Below, one piece after another: positions 17,649-27,117 of a stretch of 64,000 bases of DNA (positions are counted from its first letter, which is position 1; the number at the start of each line of letters is the position of its first letter). The translations under genes and the position numbers were made by a program. The notes under the pieces are model-generated. The model saw nothing but the letters and a program-made list of their open reading frames with translations. It ran no database searches and was not told the DNA's origin. Origin of the DNA: an uncultured Deinococcaceae bacterium (GTDB lineage: Bacteria; Deinococcota; Deinococci; Deinococcales; Deinococcaceae); the NCBI GenBank assembly GCA_964252075.1, contig CAXULY010000005.1:64001-128000 (forward strand), written 5' to 3'.

Positions 17649-17966
17649 ATGTTCGATCAGAAGCTCGGGAGCGCCACTCCCGCCATGGTCCCCAACGGCC
17701 CGAGCAGCGCGAACGGCGATCCCCTGGCCCTGAAGCTCACCCCACCCATGGACCTGAGCCCGTCGCCGCTGGTGGCGATGTCCTCCCCGAACACCGCGCC
17801 CATGCAGACGGGCGTGGGCGCCGGGATGCTGGCGAGCGGGTACTTGCAGATCATGAACCCGGCCTTCCACGCGCAGATCGCCCCCGGTGTGCGCAGTGGC
17901 CTGTGGAAGGGCGCTGACTTCGTTCGGGCGTTGGACTTTGCTGCGATAGACGAGGAACTCGGATGA
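17649..17966 (+). CDS. hypothetical protein
   Basis: 105-aa ORF ending 19 nt before the nuclease-like gene; no recognisable motif. Confidence 0.4.
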   Translation: MFDQKLGSATPAMVPNGPSSANGDPLALKLTPPMDLSPSPLVAMSSPNTAPMQTGVGAGMLASGYLQIMNPAFHAQIAPGVRSGLWKGADFVRALDFAAIDEELG

Positions 17967-17985
17967 TCCCTGCCGAAGTTCCCCG

Positions 17986-19212
17986 ATGCGTCATCCAAGA
18001 GCGTTTGAGTCGTGGCTGCTCGTGATTCGAGGCATCCCCTACAACCCCAAGGCTAGACACACGCGGGCGTGGGGTTCGCACCTGAGGTTCCCACTAGTCG
18101 CTTTGTACGCCAGCATCGCCCGCGCCTCCGTACGGGCACGGATGCCGTACCGCGATGCCGCGTTCGAGACTATCTCCGCCCTCACCCGGTACGATCACCA
18201 CCTCCAACCGACCGCCGACCTGATGCTGCGTGGCGCGTACTACGGATACTACAAGGACGCGGACGTCACCCACACCTCCGGCAGGATCGGTGACGGTGTC
18301 GGCCTGCTGCTCGCAGACCGCCTGGGGTTCCCGTTGTTCGCGCACTTCGAGGACATCGGTCGCGTGACGCGCGCACCGTCGTCGCGGCGCCCCGATTACG
18401 TGGTGTTCAACTCACGCGTCGACGAGGCCCAGTTGCTCGAGTGTAAGGGTAGCTGCTTCAAGGGCCGCTCGGAACTGCTCCAGCCAAAAGGTGAGGTTAA
18501 CGACGGGTTGAACAACCAGGTGCGGCCTTGGCTGGGGTTAAGCCTTGTCCTACCGGCACTGTCTGGCACGCTTGTCGTCGACGCGGGCTTCGTCGCCGGA
18601 ACACACGTGAACGCGCTCGGCAGTTCGGTTAGCGTGAAAGAGGCGCGCCTAACAGCGAGCGTGCCGCTGCCGCCGACCGCGTACGGCGCGGCCGTACACC
18701 CTGCCGTGCGGCACTACGTGCGCTGGCTTCGGCAGATGCATGTAGCCACGGTGTGCGACGCTCTGCTCGGCTTGACCGAGGCGCGCGAGCGGCTCCGCGA
18801 CCAGCTGCTGTCGTTCGCGCAGGTGCGGTACGGGAACGACGCCTACGTGTACCCCTACTATCGCCGTCCTCGGAGGTTCGACTCGCGGTTCGCCTGGATG
18901 GCTTCCGACCTTGAACTTGTACCTGTTGATCCGACGCGCCCCTCAAGATACCCCATGATCGTCGACGGTGAGCGGTCGACTCTGACCTTCGCCATCGAAC
19001 GGCGGAGGCTTGAGGCGCTCCTCAAGATTGCCCGCGCGAGGGACGAACGACCGGTGACTGTCGAGGACTCGGGGCTCCTCGGGGTCGTGAACGAACGTCA
19101 GCGTGACGCTGAGAACGAGCGCGGCGTGTACCTATTCAGGGACGGGGCGCTAGTGTTCGAGGGCCTTGAACGCGGAAGCGCCGTTGAGTTCGAGGACGTC
19201 GTCGAGTTGTAG
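17986..19212 (+). CDS. putative PD-(D/E)xK restriction-endonuclease-fold protein
   Basis: GRIGDGVG...RRPDYVV...LLECKG motif; 408-aa ORF. Confidence 0.6.
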   Translation: MRHPRAFESWLLVIRGIPYNPKARHTRAWGSHLRFPLVALYASIARASVRARMPYRDAAFETISALTRYDHHLQPTADLMLRGAYYGYYKDADVTHTSGRIGDGVGLLLADRLGFPLFAHFEDIGRVTRAPSSRRPDYVVFNSRVDEAQLLECKGSCFKGRSELLQPKGEVNDGLNNQVRPWLGLSLVLPALSGTLVVDAGFVAGTHVNALGSSVSVKEARLTASVPLPPTAYGAAVHPAVRHYVRWLRQMHVATVCDALLGLTEARERLRDQLLSFAQVRYGNDAYVYPYYRRPRRFDSRFAWMASDLELVPVDPTRPSRYPMIVDGERSTLTFAIERRRLEALLKIARARDERPVTVEDSGLLGVVNERQRDAENERGVYLFRDGALVFEGLERGSAVEFEDVVEL

Positions 19213-19276
19213 GAGCCTGAGGGAGGGGCGCGTCGTCGACATGCCTTCCCTCCGTGACCCGCCGTACTCGGCGCGG

Positions 19277-21565
19277 TCAGGTGAGCCAAGTGGTGAGCTT
19301 AGCGTGGATAATCTCGCAGAGGTTGCGGTGACGGTCGGCGATGGTGGCGGCGTCCCAGATGCCGTCACGGCCGAGGAGGGCGATCGGTCGGATATATCCC
19401 TTGTAGTCGGAGTCCTCAAGGGCGGAGAGGATGTCCGGGTTGAGGACGAAGCCAATGGCGTCGGAGTCACGGGTCAGGTCAGCGCGCTCCGCTTCCGTGG
19501 CGGCGCCGAGGTAGGCGTAGTAGAACCACTTCTCGGTCCAGTTGCGGTTGCCGATCGAGGCGTTGATGTTCGGGGGCAGCAGCGTGAGGTTGCCAAGGAG
19601 GTTGACCCGGTTGAGTTCGTAGATTTCCGGGTCCCATGACGAGTCGAGCTCGGGGCGCTGGGGTGCGACGTGCTCGAGGGTGCGTTCGTCGTCGTGCAGC
19701 CACGACTCGGGCGTGAGGGCCTTGGCGAAGTTCGACGGAGCCGGGGTGATCAGCGGGGGCCGTCCAGGGTGCGGGGCGGTGTTGTGCGCGGCGAGGAACA
19801 GGCCGAACTTGCACACGGCGCTGCGGTTCGTTTCGTAGGTGAAGGTGGTGGCGGCACGTGCGTACCAGTCGTCGAAGGTGTGCAGGCCCTGCGCGTTGAG
19901 CTGCGCGTTGAGCTGCTCGACGAGCAGCTCAACGGAGGGGTGGGTGATGCGTGAGACGGCGAGGGCGTTCTTAAAGACGTCTCGGTAGGCGCTGTCAAGT
20001 CCGGCGTTGGACTTCGCAGACCGCCAGAGCGTGAAGAACGCCGCGACAGCCTTAACAGCCCGGGCGAAGCGCTCCTTCGCCTCGTCGCTGATATCGTCTG
20101 GGTTGCCGAAGTATCGGCTGAGGACCGTGTGGGCCATCTTGTGGTTGGCGTCGAGCAGGTATAGCTGGCAGGTCGTGACGACGGCCCGGTCCGAAGCACG
20201 GAGCTTGCCTTCGAAGGCGTTGAGGTCAGGGTTGCGGCCGCGGAGCTTGACGACGCGGTTGAAGTAGTCGGCGGTGTAGCTGAAGCTCGTCAGGAACGTG
20301 CGGCGTTCCTCGCCGTCGTCCGCGCCGGCCTTGAACCACTCGAGCAGCTTGCGTCGCTGCTCCGTGAAACGGTTTGCGAGTTTGCCGCCGGCATAGCACA
20401 GCGCGAACGTAGTGAGGAACTCATTGGTGAGCCGGGTCTTCTCCTCGGCGGTTCCGGTCGTCTTGAATAAGTCGTCGACGCGTTTGAACAGAGCCTCGTA
20501 ACCGCACTCCGCGTAGCCCGACTCGTACTTGCGGGCTGTGTTGATGACGAGCGGCTTGAACGTTTCGATGGCTGTGAGTGGGGTGCCGGTGGCGTTGAGC
20601 GACTGGAACATATCGAAGGCCCAGTCCTCACTGACAGGTTCGATGACGGTGAAGCAGCAGCGGAACAGCAGGAAGTGGCAGAACGCAAAGAGCTGAACGA
20701 GCGAGCACAACGTCGAGTCGTTCTTGTCGAGGTTAGTGTGGGCGCTTGCGGCGCTGAGGTCGAGCAGGTGCGCCCTCAGGTCCGGGCGTTCGTAGATCCA
20801 TAGGTCGGTCTCGTCGAAGTCCTTTACGAGTTGCCACGCGGCGGGTTCGTCCCCGTCTGGGTTCGTGTGGGCTCGTTCGACCTTCTTGAGGTGCGACTGA
20901 ATGACGCCAAGGATGTTGCCGACGTCGCTGCTGGTCGGGAAGGTCTTCGCGTCCGTGGTGATGGCGCGGATAACCTTGGCGAGGTAATGCGCGATGGGTG
21001 AGGCGTAGCTGTCGTCGCTGCCGTCGAAGACCCATTGGTCTTCAGCGCCGCGGATGATGATCGGCTTGAGGGTCGGCGTTCCTCGGTTCAAGTCGGTGCT
21101 GAACATCTCGCGGAGGTTCTTGAGGTATGTGGACACCGCGTCCTCGAGGCCGAACTTCAGGACGATCGGGCGATTCTCGTATTTGAGGAGCCGTTGGTAG
21201 GCCTGGGTGGCGATGAGGGCGAGGGTGGAGATGCGCTGTTGCCCGTCGATGACCTTCTCAATGCGCGCCGGGAGGGCGTTCTTGTTCTTCGGGTCGATAT
21301 TCTCGTACGGAGAGGTTTCCATCACGACGATGACGGTGCCGAGGAAGCGGATGATCTGTTTCTTCTCCTTCGACCCGATCTCAGGGTCAAGGAAGGAGGC
21401 GACGCCCTTTGAGACGTCCTCGAGCAGCTGCTCGATGTGGGTCTTGCCCCAGCTGTACTCGCGCTGGTACGGGGGGATGTAGTAGGCCCAGCCGTTGCGG
21501 TTGAAGAAGCTGGTGAGCGAGTAGCTCTGCGCGACAAAGACCTTGGAGATGTCGGCGGTGGTCAT
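19277..21565 (-). CDS. sspE: SspE-like DUF262-DUF1524 effector
   Basis: IPPYQREYSW, VIDGQQR, FQSLNATG; C-terminal TLEHVAPQ...LGNLTLL...N; follows the sspBCD-like genes. Confidence 0.85.
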   Translation of the reverse strand: MTTADISKVFVAQSYSLTSFFNRNGWAYYIPPYQREYSWGKTHIEQLLEDVSKGVASFLDPEIGSKEKKQIIRFLGTVIVVMETSPYENIDPKNKNALPARIEKVIDGQQRISTLALIATQAYQRLLKYENRPIVLKFGLEDAVSTYLKNLREMFSTDLNRGTPTLKPIIIRGAEDQWVFDGSDDSYASPIAHYLAKVIRAITTDAKTFPTSSDVGNILGVIQSHLKKVERAHTNPDGDEPAAWQLVKDFDETDLWIYERPDLRAHLLDLSAASAHTNLDKNDSTLCSLVQLFAFCHFLLFRCCFTVIEPVSEDWAFDMFQSLNATGTPLTAIETFKPLVINTARKYESGYAECGYEALFKRVDDLFKTTGTAEEKTRLTNEFLTTFALCYAGGKLANRFTEQRRKLLEWFKAGADDGEERRTFLTSFSYTADYFNRVVKLRGRNPDLNAFEGKLRASDRAVVTTCQLYLLDANHKMAHTVLSRYFGNPDDISDEAKERFARAVKAVAAFFTLWRSAKSNAGLDSAYRDVFKNALAVSRITHPSVELLVEQLNAQLNAQGLHTFDDWYARAATTFTYETNRSAVCKFGLFLAAHNTAPHPGRPPLITPAPSNFAKALTPESWLHDDERTLEHVAPQRPELDSSWDPEIYELNRVNLLGNLTLLPPNINASIGNRNWTEKWFYYAYLGAATEAERADLTRDSDAIGFVLNPDILSALEDSDYKGYIRPIALLGRDGIWDAATIADRHRNLCEIIHAKLTTWLT

Positions 21566-21777
21566 GGTGTCCTCTCGGGAACCTTTGGCGTGCCGTTTGC
21601 GGTGTCGCCCGGGTTCATGCGCCGCCGTTGGGCGGCGTGTGGTGGCGTGTCGTGGTGGTGAGTGAGGCCCACCCATCCCAGAGCGGACTTCACCCGCTTT
21701 GCATCCTTCTCACGATAACGTCACGAGAGGGCCAACCAGGACGAAATCGAGCATCCCAGAAGGTGCGTGTGGCGCCG

Positions 21778-22926
21778 TCAGGTGGTCGTGAGGCGCGCAT
21801 ACGCCCTTGCGAGCTCCTGGACGACGCGCGGCAGGTCCTCGACGCGCGAGGACCTGCCGAAGCCGATACGGACCGTGGCGTACGCGTCCTCCCAAGACAA
21901 ACCCATCGCGGTGAGGACGTACGATGGCTCGGGTGCGCCACTGTTGCACGCCGACCCCGTCGCGAGTGCGAGCCTGTCGAGGTTCGCGATGAGCATATCC
22001 GCCTCGACGCCCGGGAAGGTCAGGCTGCTCGTCCCCGGCAGCCGCCGGTCCCGCGCCCCGTTAAACCTCGCGTCCGGCACGCGGGACCGCAGCTCCGACT
22101 CGAATGTGTCCCGCAGGCTTCTAATCCGCCGCGCCTCGGCCGCGCCCTCATCCAGGGCCATTCGGGCGGCCACGCCGAACCCGACGACGCCAGGCACGTT
22201 CAGAGTGCCCGGACGCAGCCCGCCCTCCTGGCCGCCACCGTGCATAAGCGGCGCGACGTGACCCGAGCGCGCGCCGCCGCGGACGTACAGCGCCCCAACG
22301 CCCTTGGGGCCGTACAGTTTGTGCGCGCTCATAGACAACAGGTCCACGTCGAGTTCGCTCACGTTCACGCGCTCGCTCCCTACGGCCTGCGTCGCGTCCG
22401 TGTGGACGAGCGCGCCGACCGCGCGCGTGAGCCGCGCGACTTCCGCGACCGGCTGAATCGTCCCGACCTCGTTGTTTGCGGCCTGGATACTGACGAGCAG
22501 TGTAGACGCGTCGATCACGCGCGCCGCTTCAGCGAGGTCGACGGCACCGTCGGTGAGGACGGGCAGGACGACCACGTCAAAGCCCTCGCCGCGCAGCGCC
22601 TCGAGCGGCTCTAGGACCGCCTTGTGCTCGACGGCGGTGGTCACGAGTCGGCGGCGTCCCGCGCGGTGCGCCTTGACCGCGCCGAGCAGCGCGAGGTTGT
22701 TGCTCTCCGTGGCGCCCGACGTGAACACGACCTCGTGCGGCGCGGCGCCGACGAGCCGGGCGACGTCCGCGCGGGCGTCCTCCACAGCCGCGGCGGCCAG
22801 GCGTCCGTAGGTGTGCACAGTGTTTGAGGCGTTGCCAGGCTGCTCGAGCAGGAACGGCAGCATTGCCTCGACGACGCGGGGATCGACGGGCGTGCTGGCG
22901 TTGTGATCGAGATACAGCGGCCTCAC
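21778..22926 (-). CDS. sspA: cysteine desulfurase (SspA/DndA/IscS-like)
   Basis: YLDHNAST, TSGATESNN, SAHKLYGPKG, GSACNS; GTGA-coupled to the PAPS reductase gene. Confidence 0.88.
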   Translation of the reverse strand: MRPLYLDHNASTPVDPRVVEAMLPFLLEQPGNASNTVHTYGRLAAAAVEDARADVARLVGAAPHEVVFTSGATESNNLALLGAVKAHRAGRRRLVTTAVEHKAVLEPLEALRGEGFDVVVLPVLTDGAVDLAEAARVIDASTLLVSIQAANNEVGTIQPVAEVARLTRAVGALVHTDATQAVGSERVNVSELDVDLLSMSAHKLYGPKGVGALYVRGGARSGHVAPLMHGGGQEGGLRPGTLNVPGVVGFGVAARMALDEGAAEARRIRSLRDTFESELRSRVPDARFNGARDRRLPGTSSLTFPGVEADMLIANLDRLALATGSACNSGAPEPSYVLTAMGLSWEDAYATVRIGFGRSSRVEDLPRVVQELARAYARLTTT

Positions 22927-23726
22927 AGGTGGCACACGGCGCACCCCACCTCGCCGTCGTCCTCGTCGAAGATGTCCGCGAGGGATCGGTGGCTCTGGAA
23001 GGTCACACGCTTTGCGCGCTTCTCCGCTTCCGCGCGGATCGCCGCCTGCCGCTCGGGGTCGCGGAGCTCGTCGAGGCTCTCGCCGGGCACCCAAGTGAAC
23101 GACTCGCCCATGGCGGGGTCGGACTTTTCGAAGTCCTGCGCCTTGTCGAACAGCGCCGGGTGCCGCTCGAGCAGCCCGAGCCACTCGTTGCGCTGCTGGT
23201 AGAAGCAGAAGTAGCAGCCGCTGCGTGACCGCCACTGATAATACTCGGGCAGGCCGATGCCGCTATCCTCGAGGATGCGGTACACGTCCTGTTTGGTGAC
23301 ACCTGCGTCGATGAACGGATACACGGGCGTGATGTTGGGTTTGGTGCTAATGTACCCGACGCGTTGCGGTTCATCGGCGCGGATGGCGATATAGCTCATG
23401 ACCGCGTCGTCCTTGACGTACCGCTCGAACGGCTTGATCTTGAGCATCCGCGTGCACCAGCGGGTCCGCGCGTCGGGCAGCATCCCGCGGTACAGGTCGA
23501 GGTAGTGGCTGAACGGCCGGTCCGGGTTGAGTCGCACGATTGGTTTGCCGAGATACGCCTCGAGCTTGTATAGGTACTCGTACGTCTCCTGGAGTTCTTC
23601 GCCAGTGTCGCAGAAGACGTACTCCACATCCGGCAGGCGGTCGCGCATGAAAATCGCGAGGGCGGTAGAGTCCTTGCCCCCAGAGAGGGAGAGCACGTGT
23701 CGGACCTTCTTGGGGGTGTCAGTCAT
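22923..23726 (-). CDS. sspD: PAPS-reductase-family protein (SspD-like)
   Basis: PP-loop SGGKDS, RWCT..LK, RADE, RSGCYFC, C-terminal CAVCHL. Confidence 0.85.
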   Translation of the reverse strand: MTDTPKKVRHVLSLSGGKDSTALAIFMRDRLPDVEYVFCDTGEELQETYEYLYKLEAYLGKPIVRLNPDRPFSHYLDLYRGMLPDARTRWCTRMLKIKPFERYVKDDAVMSYIAIRADEPQRVGYISTKPNITPVYPFIDAGVTKQDVYRILEDSGIGLPEYYQWRSRSGCYFCFYQQRNEWLGLLERHPALFDKAQDFEKSDPAMGESFTWVPGESLDELRDPERQAAIRAEAEKRAKRVTFQSHRSLADIFDEDDGEVGCAVCHL

Positions 23727-26700
23727 GCGTCTCCTCCGCTTCAAGGCGCTTCTGGATCTGCGCCTGAAGTTCCTTGAGCGCCTCGCGGCGGACGGCGGCG
23801 TCGGCGGCGTCGAGCGTGGCCTGGAGCGTCGTCCATGCTCCGTCGACGAGCTTCTGCTTGAGTTTTTTCTGAGTCTTGTCGAGCGGCGCGCGGCGCGCCG
23901 TGGGCGGCGCGGCCGTCTGGATGGCCGCGCCGTCAAGCTCGCGGAGCGCCCGCTGAAACGCCGCAGCGACGCCCCGGGCGCGTTCACGGTACGCGTCGAA
24001 GTCGGCGTCCGTCCACGCGCCTGGCGGGCGCTTGTTGATCAATGCGAGAACGTTCGCAACCGTCGCCTCAGTGCCCTCGTCCCCGGCGAGCCGCTGGACG
24101 AAGGTGAGCAGTTCGGGTCCGACGCCGGCGCGTTCCAGCCGCCGCGCGGCGTCCCGGAGTGTTTCGAAACCGGCCGTGCCGGCTTCGAAGCCGCAGTACG
24201 CGAGCAGGTCGTCGCGCGCGGCCTTGACGAGGCGTGGCGTCGCGAGCCTCAGCTCGCCGATCGCGTCGTTGAGCCGGGTGAAGAACCGGTCGATGCGGTC
24301 GTCGTCGACTGTACCGTCTGTGAACGGCAATTCCCCGAGTGCCATTGGCAGGTCGTGGAACAGCAGCCGTTCAGGGGAGCGGGCGGTGAACGCGGCGTTG
24401 ATAATGTTGCGGGCCTCGTCGGAGACGGTACGCGTCCGCTGTGCGTAGTCGGGCAGTGACTTGAGCATCCTTACGACGTACCTCGAGGTGCCGGTGATGG
24501 ACGCGGCCGAGCCGGTGCTGCGGCTGATGCGTTCGACGACCCTGCGGTGCGCGCCGTCGAGGCGCGCACCGCCCACCGCGAACGCCTCGGGCTTGCGCAT
24601 CAGCACTTCGAAGTCGGCGAGTGATGGGTCGACGAGGAAGGTGTTGTCGCGGTACAGGCTGACCTCGTCGCGCCGCACGAGCAGCAACGCGCACAGCACG
24701 AGGGGGAACATGCCAGCTGTCAGTCCGTACGGGGCCGCGGCGAGTTCCGACGCGAGCCCCGCGACGGGGACGGGCTGCTCGACCTTCTCGAAGACGCGGG
24801 CGGCAAGCCGGTCCCAGGTGGGACGCAGCCGCGTGCGGTGGCCGTCGTGTGGCTCGGCGAACCCCCACGTCCCGTCGGGTCGCTCGGCGTACACGCCCGT
24901 GTCATGTAGGACCGACTCGAACATGCTCCGCTCGGGTGGGTATCCTGTGATGCCGAGCAGCGGCTCACCCGCGTGCTCGAGCATCCGCCGAATGAGCTCG
25001 CGTCGCGCGGCCGTCGCCGCCGAGGACAGCGCGCGACGATTGACGAGCTCGTTCCGGACGGTCGGGCCGAGCTCGTACACGTCGTCCATCACCTGAGAGA
25101 GCAGGACTGAGACGTCACGCTCGTCACGCACGGGCGCGGTGGCGCCCTGACGATACCAGGTGCAGTGGCTGCCGCGCGGCTCGGGGCGAGGATCGAGCAG
25201 CCACGCAAGCGTCCGCGCGAGGTCGAGTTCGACCTCGGCGGTGCGTTCGGCGACCTCACGCTTGGCTGTTCGGTCGTGTTCGAGCTCAGGTGTGTTTGCC
25301 TTGAGGTACGCGAGCGCGCGGAGTTCCGCCGCGGCGTTGGTCAGCCCACGGATCTGCCTGGGAAGCGCCACAACGACGTGCCTAGCCTGCAACGCAGGTT
25401 CCGCGACGCGGGCGACGAAAGCCTCGTGTTGCGCCGCCGTCTCGGCCAGCCCACACAGCACTACGCCGTCCGCGTCAGTCTTTCGGCGCGCCGCGTCCTC
25501 GAGCTGCTGGGGGTCGTCAACGTACACCACGTCAAAGAAGCGCGTCGCGCCGGTCTTGAAGCTGTGGCGCCGCGCGATGAGCGGCCGCGGCGGCACGTAC
25601 TTCGCGAGGGTGGCGGCGAGGCCGAGCCGTCCGGTGGTCACGCGCCGCGCTTCCTCAAGGCGCGCCTCGACATCGAGGTCGCTGCCTTCGAACACTCGGT
25701 ATGACTGATTGTACCGCCGGTACGACACCAGCGTGCGTCGTTCGAGCGTCTCAAGGGCAGCGCGCACGGCGGCGTCCTCCTCGTCACGGCCGAGGCTGGC
25801 GGACACGGCCGCGGCGTCGGCGCGCAGATGCGTCGCCTCACTCAGGACGCTGAGCAGCCCGATCGTCTTGAGCGCGTCGGCCTGCAAGGGTTCAAGGTCA
25901 GGCGCGCGGTCGAGGGCGTCCACCGTCTCCACCCAGCGGCGCGCGGACCGCTCGCGGAACAGCAGCGTCCCGAGCGAGGAGAGGAAGTAGTCGAACAGCG
26001 CGGGCGGGCGGACGAAGCCGTCGCCTCCGGCGAGGCGGCGGCGCGCGTCGGGCAACGCGAACGGCTCGTTGCTTGCGAGGAACGAGAACAGGGAGCGTTC
26101 GTTCTGCGCGAAGCGGCGGAACAGGTGCGGGAGCAGGACTAGCGTCGCGGGGTGCAGTGGGTACGCTCGCTCTGCGAGCTGCGTGAACTCATCGCGGCCC
26201 ATACTGGGCGGGGTGAGTCCCGCGCGGTACGTGGCGTCGACGGCGCCTTGCACGCTCCGCAGGACGTACGCGTCAAGGTCGCGGGCGTCGACAGCGTCGC
26301 CGACGAGCCGCATGAGCTGCTCGACGGGTTCGAGGAACGGGAGGGGCGCGAATCGGCCCTGCACCTTCGCCCACTCCTGCCGTTCGACCCGGTCGAGGTG
26401 CCGGCCGTACTCCTCGACGTCCTGGTGGAGCACGCCGACGAACAGGACCGGACGGTCGGCGCTGCGCGAGGCGGCCTCCGCTAGCTCCTGCAAGACGAGG
26501 GTGTCGCCTTCGTCAGGGAAGCGCGCGGCGTGCTCGAAGATTTTGCCGAGCTCATCGGCGATGAGTACTACGCCGCCGTACCCACCGGCGTGCTCGCCGA
26601 GGTCGGCGAGCTCGGTCACGCGGCGCACGAGGGTGCGGGTGTCACGTCGGCCGTCTCCTGCGTCCCGTAAGTCGCCTTCGAGGGCGCGGACGAGGTCGTT

Positions 26701-27117
26701 GTGCGGCGCGACGCGCTTCGTGGCGGTGAGTAGGCCCTCAAGGATCGCGTCGGACGCGGCCGTGCGGCGGCCCGTGACGACTACGGGGAGCAGCGGACGC
26801 ACGAGCAACGCCGCGTACTCCTCGGCGAGCGCCGGGTCGGCGGCGCGCAGACGTGCCCAGGCGTCGTTGCTCGCGCTCGCATCGCCGACGAGGCGGCTGA
26901 AGAAGAGGGTGAATGCGCTTTTGCCGGTGCCGTACGGTCCGGTGAGGGTGAAGGCCCGGTCGGCGGACGTGCCGCGCAGCGCCGCCGCGAGACGGGCGAG
27001 CACGCGGCGTCCCTCACCAGTAACGACGTAACCATCGAGGGCGCCGTCGCTCCAGAGGTCGCGTTCGAGGTGGACGCTGCGGACGTACCGCGCCCGGACG
27101 GGCAGCAGGGCTGTCAT
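23719..27117 (-). CDS. sspC: large P-loop ATPase (SspC-like)
   Basis: RYVRSVHLERD, GPYGTGKS, IADELGK, WAKVQGRF, YPLHP, QNERSLFSF. Confidence 0.82.
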   Translation of the reverse strand: MTALLPVRARYVRSVHLERDLWSDGALDGYVVTGEGRRVLARLAAALRGTSADRAFTLTGPYGTGKSAFTLFFSRLVGDASASNDAWARLRAADPALAEEYAALLVRPLLPVVVTGRRTAASDAILEGLLTATKRVAPHNDLVRALEGDLRDAGDGRRDTRTLVRRVTELADLGEHAGGYGGVVLIADELGKIFEHAARFPDEGDTLVLQELAEAASRSADRPVLFVGVLHQDVEEYGRHLDRVERQEWAKVQGRFAPLPFLEPVEQLMRLVGDAVDARDLDAYVLRSVQGAVDATYRAGLTPPSMGRDEFTQLAERAYPLHPATLVLLPHLFRRFAQNERSLFSFLASNEPFALPDARRRLAGGDGFVRPPALFDYFLSSLGTLLFRERSARRWVETVDALDRAPDLEPLQADALKTIGLLSVLSEATHLRADAAAVSASLGRDEEDAAVRAALETLERRTLVSYRRYNQSYRVFEGSDLDVEARLEEARRVTTGRLGLAATLAKYVPPRPLIARRHSFKTGATRFFDVVYVDDPQQLEDAARRKTDADGVVLCGLAETAAQHEAFVARVAEPALQARHVVVALPRQIRGLTNAAAELRALAYLKANTPELEHDRTAKREVAERTAEVELDLARTLAWLLDPRPEPRGSHCTWYRQGATAPVRDERDVSVLLSQVMDDVYELGPTVRNELVNRRALSSAATAARRELIRRMLEHAGEPLLGITGYPPERSMFESVLHDTGVYAERPDGTWGFAEPHDGHRTRLRPTWDRLAARVFEKVEQPVPVAGLASELAAAPYGLTAGMFPLVLCALLLVRRDEVSLYRDNTFLVDPSLADFEVLMRKPEAFAVGGARLDGAHRRVVERISRSTGSAASITGTSRYVVRMLKSLPDYAQRTRTVSDEARNIINAAFTARSPERLLFHDLPMALGELPFTDGTVDDDRIDRFFTRLNDAIGELRLATPRLVKAARDDLLAYCGFEAGTAGFETLRDAARRLERAGVGPELLTFVQRLAGDEGTEATVANVLALINKRPPGAWTDADFDAYRERARGVAAAFQRALRELDGAAIQTAAPPTARRAPLDKTQKKLKQKLVDGAWTTLQATLDAADAAVRREALKELQAQIQKRLEAEETHD

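Noticed and set aside
17369..17917. 182-aa ORF from the track as a real gene
   Set aside because: Only the first 40-50 codons look protein-like (the 3' half of the IS-split gene); the rest runs through the palindrome and overlaps another ORF.
21631..21660. Imperfect 10-bp tandem repeats (GGCGGCGTGT, GGTGGCGTGT, CGTGGTGGTG) upstream of sspE
   Set aside because: Short, degenerate and low-complexity; cannot be distinguished from noise.
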